Below are positions 54,801 to 64,000 of a stretch of DNA of 64,000 nucleotides, piece by piece. The position numbers and the translations under genes were made by a program. Location: positions 11,904,001-11,968,000 of the forward strand of contig NC_090357.1 of NCBI RefSeq assembly GCF_035084215.1. The letters run 5' to 3'. The first letter of the stretch is position 1. Each line of letters begins with the position of its first letter. This DNA comes from Heptranchias perlo (taxonomy: Eukaryota). The notes under the pieces are model-generated. The model was given only the letters and a program-made list of their open reading frames with translations, had not been told where the DNA came from and did not search any database.

Positions 54801-57800
54801 TCGGTGTCAAATTTTGTTTGATAACGTTCCTTGGGACGTTTTACTATGTTAAAGGTGCTATACAAATGCAAGTTGTTGTTGTGGTGAGGCATAAATACAG
54901 AAATAGTTTTCCTATGTGTGTTACATAATTAGGCTTCAGATAGAATCAATTACTATCAAAGCAGCCTGCTTAATTGGCACCCCATCCACCACCCTAAACA
55001 TTCACTCCCTCCACCACCGGCGCACAGTGGCTGCAGTGTGTACCATCCACAGGATGCACTGCAGCAACTCGCCAAGGCTTCTTCGACAGCACCTCCCAAA
55101 CCCGCAACCTCTATCACCTGGAAGGACAAGGGCAGCAGGCACAAGGGAACAACACAACCTGCACGTTCCCCTCCAAGTCACACACCATCCCGACTTGGAA
55201 ATATATCGCCGTTCCTTCATCGTTGCTGGGTCAAAATCCCTATCTAACAGCACTGTGGGAGAACCTTCACCACGGACTGCATCGGTTTAAGAAGGCGGCT
55301 CACCACCACCTTCTCAAGGATGGGCAATAAATGCTGGCCTTGCCAGCGACGCCCACATCCCATGAATGAATTAAAAAAAACTATATTATCTTGTGTTGGA
55401 ATAGCTGATTAAATGATACTGAACAGTTTATAATTTACTTCATATTGGCTATTATCTTGCCGTATTGGAAGCTCTAATGCGATATCTAGTCTAGTTTACA
55501 AAAACACACTGCTCAAATTTTGTAACGTTAGTACTTTTATTTAAACGTATAGACTTGCAAGATTTTATAATACTGGGTTCCATTGTGCCTAGTTTATAAT
55601 ACAGACAGGAAAGTGATCTTGCAACCATACTGTTAAAAAATTAATTGCACCAGCCCTACCAATCTTCCGATAATGTAATGGTGTTATATCAAGTATTGCT
55701 TGTCCAGAATTTGCTCTGTATCTTGTGAACATATTTTCACCAATGATGGAACTTTGTTTTTCTTATCCCATATCAGTCTTAACAGTGAAAGCTTCCTGGG
55801 GGAAAAGGAAATCTAGAGAAACTGGAGTACACAAAACATATTAATTTGACTTGCATGAGGGCATGCTTACATTAAGACTCTTAAATTGGACACAGAATGT
55901 TGTGGGTAGCTATGAATAATGCAAAAGGCTCATTGGTTCCATTATTTTCCCGGTAGTGTACCTGGAATGGTTTGAATCCTACTTATATTCATATGTCCGC
56001 TTGGCTGAGTGTTAGCACTCTTACCTTTTGAGTCCGAAGTTCGTGGGTTCAAGATCCACTCCAGAACAGTAGGTTGACACTTCAGCGCAGTACTGAGGAT
56101 GAGACATTAAAACCAAGGGCCCATCTCCCTGCTCAGGTGGTTGATAAAGATTCCATGCCATGATTCAAAGAAGAGCTCTCCCAGTGTCTTGGTCAATATT
56201 GATCCTAAAACCAATATCGCCAAAGCACATTAACTGGTCATTTAACTGATTGCTGTTGGTGGGTCCTTGCTGTGAACAGCTGCATTTGCCCACGTAACAG
56301 TGACTATACTTCAAATGTAATTCATTGCCTGTAAAGCCTTTGGACGTCTTGAAAATATGAAAGACACCATATAAATCCAAGATTGTTTGTTCCTCTAACT
56401 TTATCCATACAAAGAGTTTTCCCCCAAACTTACTTCTCAGGACAATGATTTTCTCTTTTTTAAAAGAAACTCTACTCCGGTTTTAGTTAACCCGTTGAAA
56501 TGTGAATTGGTTTTCCACCTAGTTTTTGAGATTTATTCAATTTGCGGCCTTTACTGGCAAACCTGATGGAAATACTTAATGAGGCAGTGCCCTGTTAGCA
56601 ATCCCTTTTTAAAATATCGAGTGGTTATTAAAAAAATTATGTATTCATTCTCATTCAAATTTTATTTGCTAAATGTGTTCCAGTAGTGTGCTGATGATTT
56701 GACAAATGAACTGATTTGGAGGAGTCGCTGAGTGCAATAGTGCAAGGGAGCTGAATTGATCCTTAAAGTTGAAATTACAAGATGACTGCAACATCTGGGA
56801 TAATTGACTGTGTACCAGTGGTAATTTAACTCCCTCATGTGGTTGAGCACAGTAACTCCTCCGAAGTAAAATGACCAAACTTAAGCAAGCGATTAGAAGG
56901 GTCAGACTTACAACAAAAACAGTTAATGCTGTGCTTTTATGTTTTAAAAATCCCAAAAAGTCATATTGAACATTGCGAGCTATACATATGCTTATAATGT
57001 TTAAATACTCTGTGGAACATGATAGTTTCTAGATACAAAAGGCATCAAGGGGTATGGGGAGAGAGCGGGAATATGGTATTGAGATAGAGGATCAGCCATG
57101 GTCATATTGAATGGCGGAGCAGGCTCGAAGGGCCGAATGGCCTACTCCTGCTCCTATTTTCTATATTTCTAAGTTACTGAAACTCCTAACATGGAAATAT
57201 CATGCAACTGGTTAAGGATGAACAATGTACGATGTAAGATAGAATGTTGCTCTGAAGTTTCACTCAATTTATCTGGGAGGGATTGTAAAGAGAAACTTGC
57301 AAACCCTTTATTAAGAGATTGGGTTCAGTCCATAAAAGAACAGATTGTACACTTCTCTTAATGTCATCAGCACTCACTGTTAAGCTAAGCTTTAAAAATT
57401 CAGGCCCAAATTTGGTCCATGTTCCTTCGTTTAGCTGCAACTTCATGGTTGTTTTTTTTGTTGTAGATTTCAATCTTATAAAGAAATATTCTCTAGATCA
57501 TAATGATCTGTTTGAGCAATTTGAAGATCAGTGCTTTCAGGAAGAGGAGGTAAGAGATTCAACTGGCTTTTTGTTGTAAGTAATTTAGTCCCATTTTGTA
57601 AAGTTCATAACTAGATGCTATGAATTCAGAAACATGTTTCAGTTAATTATTTTCTAATATAATTAGAAATGTAGAAAAAATAATTTTGGAAAGATGCATA
57701 ATTTTCCAAACAAAAGCAGTTCCTTGAAGCACCAAAAATAAGTTATCATTATAGCAGGTTATGTGCCATGTTGAAATTAAACTCCCCTTTAGCAAGTTCT

Positions 57801-60583
57801 ATCCCCCCCATGGCAGACAGTACTGTTTGGAAACAGTAGAGTAGCTACACATCACTGAAACTAGCATCATTAATCATATTTCATTCTCAAATAATCACAG
57901 TTCTTCATACTTAACAGAGAGCATGAACAACTAATATGCTGCAGTAGAAAAAGATGTCAATTAAAGATGTATATTGAAGCATTCTTTGCTCATTAAAGTG
58001 AAGGATGTTGCTGGAGAATGAAATAATTTTTCACTTTGGCATCCATTCTTAACTGGATGCATTGCACTCCTTAATTCTAGTAATACAGGTTGGATGCTTC
58101 CTCAACAACTTGCCTCATCACCAATCTACTGCACTAGTATGAACTTTTCCATTTCCCAGTCCACCATCCTTATGGCTAATGTACAGAACTATTTTGTGTT
58201 GCGAACCTCTAGCTCATAAGCACTGAGTTGATACTCCCTAAACTGCTTTCATATAGGACCATTGCAGTCAACAGAGAGAAGATGCTTCCATCTAATTAGT
58301 CGGCGCTGGTTCTAGAGGTGAAAGGGATAATCCACTAGCCCACTGTACCTCTCAGTCCATTAGACAATTCAAACTTAGTAAATTAAAATGTCACTCAATA
58401 TATAGCATACATATTTCCAATATTTATTTTAAATGTATTCTAGGATGGGCATGATCAACCTTTTATGATTTTAAATACCAGATATTTGGTATAACAAAGT
58501 TTAATTTTCTCATGATTATTCCTTTCAGTGACATTTGAGTTTGGCAGAAATGCATTTATTTAGTAGTTTATATCATTTACATGAGAACTACACCTTCCTT
58601 CTATCTCATGGTTGAACGGAAACAAAATGCTGTGGAACAGCTTCCTGGTTCATAAGCAATAAAGTACAAAGTTGCTCAAGATTTTCTTTGTATTCTGGAG
58701 CATTTCACCCCACTTTAACCACTTCTGCATAAATTGTTTTATCCCTGTACTGCTGGATCTGATTAATGTGACTAGTTTACCGCCTTAACACATTTCAGCA
58801 GAGTTTCGTAGAAAAATGCTGCCAAGCAAGGACAGATCTGTAGAATCCCTTTTGTTTGATTTTCCATTCGGCCTTGAAAATTAACTACATAATTGAGGAG
58901 AGGGATAGTGTTCTTAAAGTCTTCAACTTTCTTGTTATCACAGCAAGCAAAAATATTTCACGAACAATGGGAATCAGACATGAAAAAACAACATTATGAA
59001 GCAGCAGTGAGGTCTTTGAACAAAGCAATAAGAGTCTGGTAAGTATTCAATGTTAGGGGTCCATGGACAAGGTAGAAAGTTTTTGCATACTTGTGAATGA
59101 GGCTAATGAATTACAGTGGAAATGCAGGCATTTTGGTATCTTGGCGTGTGTGCACCAGATGAATTTCATAGCACTCATCTGGAATACCTCCCAGTTGTTG
59201 GCTTCTGTACAACATTTCTTGCAAAATGTTCAAGAAATTTTTACGGGGTAAAAAGGTCCAAAGTAGTAAAGGTGTCGGTTTAGGCTTGTGATGTCTTCAA
59301 ATTGGCGAGTTTGTGGTTTCAACTGGGGCACTGAGGCTGTGGTTAGTTACCCCAGGTTGCTTTTCCAGGTTTTTTACTATCTGATCACAGAGCATTAGCA
59401 GGTTTCTAATTTCTTTCTGTTCTCCCTGGGCTAATGAAGGAAATCAGATACCACGGATGCCTGGAGCTCTTTCACGTTTTTTTTCTTTATTCCTGTATTT
59501 TGTAACTCACTCTAGGTTGATTTGAACCTTCTGCAGCAATTTCACAAGACAACTGATGTAGCCCAGATTCTCTATTAAAACATCAGATAGATATTAAAAC
59601 ATTCTGTTTTCTTGCATTCACCATTCCCATGAAATGTTCTACATGTTGATAACACAGGACTGTGTGGTATGTGTATTATGTGATTTTAATGCATTTTGAG
59701 AAATGTATGGAGAACTGATTTGTGCAAATTCTTGTTGCAGTGCATTTAATCATTTGCTGTATGAGAAGAGATCTTATTGCTATTTGCAGATGTGTCAGTA
59801 CAAGTAAGTTTGCATCTGTTCTTCTCTAAACATTGTTATTTTAACAAGGAAAGCAATTTCAGACATTGCATTACATTTGAAAAGCTTAGTCTTATGTCGC
59901 ATGGGTAATTTTTTTTCATTAATGCAACACGGTTGGGAGAAGTATTTGAGGAGCTCTTCTCTGAAGTCCAGAAGATATTCATGTCCTAGAAGAAGATGCC
60001 AAGAGGATCAAGCCATGTTTAGATTTTTAACATACTGAAGACACATGAAATTATGAAATGTGCCACACTATTGCCCATTGTTCAATATAACCCTTACTTG
60101 CCATTCGCAAAAGTTTTGCCTCTTTAAAAAGACAGAATTATGTTCAACCTTGTGACTCATTGGTAAAAGCCCTTTTTAGGTTTTAAGAAATAACATTTTC
60201 CCATTTACAGATAAAAGTGACTGGATTTGTCCTTTTCTGTCATTCTCTTTTGGGACCCCTTGTCGAATGCAGTTCCTTATGACTTTCTCACTCAGAGAAA
60301 TCATCAAAATATTCTCTCTTTAAAATGCCCTTACTTAAATATTTATACAGCTTTGAGATGTATACTGCCTCAAGTAAGAATACAGAATTTTAAAATTAGT
60401 TTTAATAAGTAGTTACAACTAAAATTTGGATCTGGTTTGGATGCATTAATTTTAATTTCTTCATTATAATAACAGTATAAGCTCAATTATAATGTATTAT
60501 TCACTTTGCGCCACTTTATATTTGACAGAAAAGCATGGAGTGATGCCAAACGGTGCATTGTCCTGAGGCCTCATTCTATAGAG
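39823..60583 (+). CDS. Divergent TTC3-like TPR protein (TTC3/DZIP3/RNF214 E3-ligase family), N-terminal 288 aa; incomplete at the window end
   Basis: Phase-consistent GT-AG exons 39823..39903, 41697..41748, 44567..44729, 51362..51449, 51539..51595, 52220..52346, 57467..57549, 58944..59038, 59741..59803, 60529..60583 (864 nt, no stop). Colinear with TTC3 as recalled: [30 protein letters not shown] ~ ICSIWCSKPISVLQDYCDAIKINIFWPLLF; [14 protein letters not shown] ~ EINLKKLQHLELME; [10 protein letters not shown] ~ AMEEALNWIK; TPR segment [50 protein letters not shown]. Confidence 0.85.
40548..41240 (+). mobile_element. CR1 LINE 3' fragment
   Basis: gatgacactaaattagg (DDTKLG), [31 protein letters not shown]. 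Confidence 0.85.
43184..43800 (+). mobile_element. Young CR1 LINE 3' fragment
   Basis: [49 protein letters not shown]...[14 protein letters not shown]; CR1 3' UTR. Confidence 0.92.
47920..50925 (+). mobile_element. Decayed near full-length CR1 ORF2 (APE + RT) with 3' UTR
   Basis: ggaataactgaaatatgg (GITE.W), tactacagaccacct (YYRPP), atgggagattttaac (MGDFN), [21 protein letters not shown]...[20 protein letters not shown]; many frameshifts. Confidence 0.9.
53450..54025 (-). mobile_element. CR1 3' fragment (different subfamily)
   Basis: Minus strand reads [18 protein letters not shown]...; tail ttatatgttcgt. Confidence 0.75.
54039..54126 (+). ncRNA. Solo Penelope pLTR end with an intact minimal hammerhead ribozyme (54039..54075)
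   Basis: TCAC-CTGACGA-A-GGAG-aaagc-CTCC-GAAA-GC-TT-GTGA, then ttttcaaataaaactgttggactataacctggtgttgtaagattccttaca (same tail as 33853..33902). Confidence 0.85.
54585..54882 (+). mobile_element. L2-type LINE 3' tail
   Basis: Colinear with 33048..33370. Confidence 0.8.
54957..55380 (+). mobile_element. 5'-truncated copy of the single-ORF LINE family (23481..26647)
   Basis: [35 protein letters not shown]...; matching 3' tail and poly(A). Confidence 0.92.
55998..56385 (+). mobile_element. Deu-type SINE, decayed
   Basis: tRNA-like head (gtgggttcaagatccactccaga); core gatgagacattaaa...ctcaggtgg...; tail. Confidence 0.75.
57027..57172 (+). mobile_element. CR1 3' UTR fragment
   Basis: gatcagccatg...gaatggcggagcaggctcgaagggccgaatggcctactcctgctcctatttt. 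Confidence 0.8.
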
Positions 60584-60589
60584 GTAGGT

Positions 60590-60995
60590 ATAACAAGCAT
60601 TCCCTGGAATTTAGAAGATTAAGGTGGTGATTTGATCGAAGTTTTCAAGATATTAAGGGAACTGATAAGGTCGATAGAGAGAAACTATTTCCGCTGGTTG
60701 GGGATTCTAGGACTAGGGGACATAGCCTAAAAATTAGAGCCAGGAGTGAAGTTAGGAAACACTTCTACACGCAAAGGATGGTAGAAATTTGGAACTCTCT
60801 TCTGCAAACGGCAATTGATGCTAACTCAATTGTTAATTTTAAATTTGAGATTGATAGATTTTTGTTGACCAAAGGTATATTAAGGGAAATAGATACGGTG
60901 CGTATATGGATTTAGGCCACAGATTGGCCATGATCTCATTGAATGACGGAACAGGCTCGAGGGTCTAAATGGCGTCCTGTTCCTATTTTCCTGTT
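60590..60995 (+). mobile_element. CR1 3' fragment immediately after a TTC3-like exon
   Basis: Colinear with 1900..2260. Confidence 0.85.
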
Positions 60996-63654
60996 CAGTT
61001 GGTAATTAGATCTCATTGAGATTTTCAGTTAATATTCAGTTTTCAAAATAAGAGCAAAACTCCAGTGGCATCTGAACACCTTATGCCTACTGCTTGGAAA
61101 TCACTCATACGTGTCCTAAATGTTACATAGACTGACTTGGGGGCTGCAGTTCTTCTCCCCTTTCTTTGGCGACACTGTTGTGGCAAATGTTAGGATGCTA
61201 TGTGTAGTTTAATGACCTCCTTACTAATTGTGACTTACACTATAAGCTTCTTAAGTGATATCTGCAGTTGATTACCAGAAAATAAATGATTAGGTGATAT
61301 TAATTTTCAATCTCCTGTGCTCGAGTACTGAGACAAAAGGAATATAAGATTATGTTACAACCAGAAGTTGTTTGCTTTAACTATATGCATGTTTCCAATT
61401 GAATTGTATTTTCTGTTGAAGTATTACTATATAGTTGCATACTTACTGGTGTGTCTCAATCACCCATGTATCCCTGTCCTTAGTGTTAGGTAGCCCAGGA
61501 ACAGACATTTTGCTTTGAACTCTCGGATATGACTGTGAAATTCTGATAACAGTCACATGCAGAAGAGCTGCCTTGCATGGAGCCATTGCAGTGGAACTTC
61601 ATGATGTCAGATAGGGAAGGGGAAATGCTACATAAGTGACTAACAACAGCCTGAAAGCAATCAGCAGTTTTAAACAAGGCAACAAAGGAAGTGTAATAAA
61701 ATTGGAATGGGGCAATTCAATGGCATACACTTCCACTTTATATACCAAGCATTTGTTAAATACTAAGCATTCTATTTGGTGCAGCAGTTCTTTTTTAATT
61801 CTACAGATAAAAGGAAAAGAAACTGCAAATGCTAGAAATCTGAAATAATTCAGCAGCGCACAGTGGGCTTGTGAAAAGATGGGGTTAACGTTTTCGGTGT
61901 AGTAGATCCTTCATCTGAACCCTTTAATTCTATCCCTGGTTTAAAAAGTGGTTACTATAAGGCCATCTGCTGTATTTTTTTTATATAGTATTGCTCCTTG
62001 GACCTGGCCGCAGACTTGCTTAGATTGAACAACATTTTTGATAATAGAGGCATTGATGAGGAGGATTGTCTTATGGCACACAGTACACTCTCAGGCAGCC
62101 ATTTTATTTTTGACTTTTATAGTCTTGGTACATACTGGCTAAATCAACCCATCAACTGTGTATGTCAGTTCAGATTCCTCATGCTGTCCAGGTCAGTCGG
62201 TCTTCAAAGCCATTTATCTTCTCCCTCACCTACCCCAGTAGTACATGCTGTTCAACGAATATTCAAATTGAAATAAAATTCTAATCTTTCACCATATATA
62301 TATATATGGTGTGCTATTCTCCTGTAATACACAGTAAATAAGTCCAGCAGTTCAAATCATGTGGTGCAACATCATTGAAGTTCAAGTGACATGATTTCGA
62401 TCAGTGAAGCCTGCTTTCCTTGGCTGTCAACCATGATAGCAGCTGCCATCAAAAATGCCTCTAAAATAGAGTAAAGCTTCCATCCAATGAATTTCACTGA
62501 TGAAGGAAAGATTGGTGGGCTGAATGCTGTTCATTGCAAAGCTAGTGTGCTTGTTTCTTTTCCCTGTTCCTCACACAAAAATCTTGGTTTTAAATTGTGC
62601 CACATTTGTTTTCATTTTCTACAGTTCATCAGTTTTTTGGATTGAATCTTTCAGCTCCTCATTTCAAGATGTTTTCTATTAAAATGATTTGTTTTGGCAT
62701 ATCTGCATTCCGTCACCTTTCAGCAATTCCAATGGAGGCTCTAAGTTTAGTTTGTATCAGATCTGATGGGAGCACTCAAGCAACCATGTTTTATCTTCAG
62801 AGGAGTTGGAGATGAAAATGAAATGAAACTTCCTTTTTAGATGCTTTAGGACTTGAATACACAAAGGATTGATTCCAAATAATTTGTGCACTGGAGATGT
62901 TTGCTACATGATCAGTGTTGTCACGAGGCTTATTTTGGCTGTTGGGTAGCAGTGATTCTTGTGGCCCATAAAAAAAATCTTAGTCTCTTGAGCCTCACTA
63001 ATTGTAGATACTGGTGCGAGTAAGTCTGACAGTAAGTAGCTAAGACTTTTCAACCAAAGGGCTGATGAGTAAATCCTTTGCTTTTTTGCACATTTATTAA
63101 TGTACTTGGAGAGAAGGCAGTGGGTCCCTGAGTGCATCAATGGTGTCAGTAGCATCTCCTAATAGCTGCAGATCTGCATCAAGTCACACACATATTTTCT
63201 CTCTCCTAACTTGCTCTGTATCTTTTACTTTTTTTCTCTAAATCTTATATCTTGTTTCTCCTATTTTTCACTTTTGGTTTTGTATATTATCTTTATTTAT
63301 TCCTTTTATCTTATATTAATTGGTTAACTCACGAGCACACAAGCCACCTCTCATAGTTTTGAGAGTGAGACTTGAAGTAAAGACTTTTGAAAAATTGTGC
63401 TGATGGAATGTGCCACTTTCTCCTGCAATATTTGGCATCTTAATAATTATGACTAATATATATTGTCCACTTGCCCAAGAGCTTAGTGTAGGTTAGTGAT
63501 CTGCAAGAAAGCAATGAGTTTCTCACTCAGTTCCCAACTCTTTCTCACTGGGGACCAGAATGGTAGTATGAGATCAGAGATTGCCCATCTTTCATTTAGA
63601 AATCTATTCCAAGTGATTGGGACTGGCATGAAGCACAGACTGAGCAAAGATTAG

Positions 63655-63790
63655 AAAGAAAGAACAAACTTCCCTTTACATAGCACCTTAAGCATGTCAT
63701 CAGGGCGTGCCAAAGTGCTTCACTTTTGAAGTGTAGTCTCTTATGTAGGCAAATGTGGCAGCCACTTTGTACATACTAAGATCCCACATA
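63655..63790 (-). mobile_element. Deu-type SINE 3' fragment
   Basis: Reverse complement of the SINE tail (aaagtgcttcacttttgaagtgtagtc...atcccaca). Confidence 0.55.
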
Positions 63791-64000
63791 ATAATGAATT
63801 CAAATAGAGGCCATTTATGATTAGTGTTATTTAATATCATTTCAAAAAATGATTCTCCATTAGAGCTTCACCCTTGCTGTACTGTACTCTACCTGGACTG
63901 GCCTTGTTCCCAAAAATTTAAGAACTAGTACACTATAAGAAAAATTACACTTAGTCAAATATGCTGTTTGTGTGATAATCTTAAATTGCTCACAATATTC

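Overview
Eukaryotic (vertebrate) genomic DNA. The repeat content (CR1/L2 LINEs, Deu- and Meta-type SINEs, Penelope elements) suggests a cartilaginous fish; this is an inference. The window holds two tandem + strand HSPA8/Hsc70 genes. Copy 1 shows only its last four exons (273..6267). Copy 2 is complete (HSE/TATA promoter about 15500-15600, CDS 16812..20982, 643 aa) and hosts two intact U14 (SNORD14) snoRNAs. A divergent TTC3-like TPR gene starts at a ZNF143-type CpG promoter (about 38820); ten phase-consistent coding exons run to 60583 and the gene is incomplete at the window end. A two-exon coding remnant I cannot identify lies at 29102..30681. The rest is dense in retroelements: a 5'-truncated Penelope (RT + GIY-YIG) with a hammerhead ribozyme, Penelope-derived fold-back elements carrying hammerheads, a near-intact single-ORF LINE with a SINE-core-like 5' end nested three levels deep, and many CR1/L2 fragments. 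Most short ORFs in the supplied track are LINE debris or spurious. All family assignments are from memory; no database search was run.
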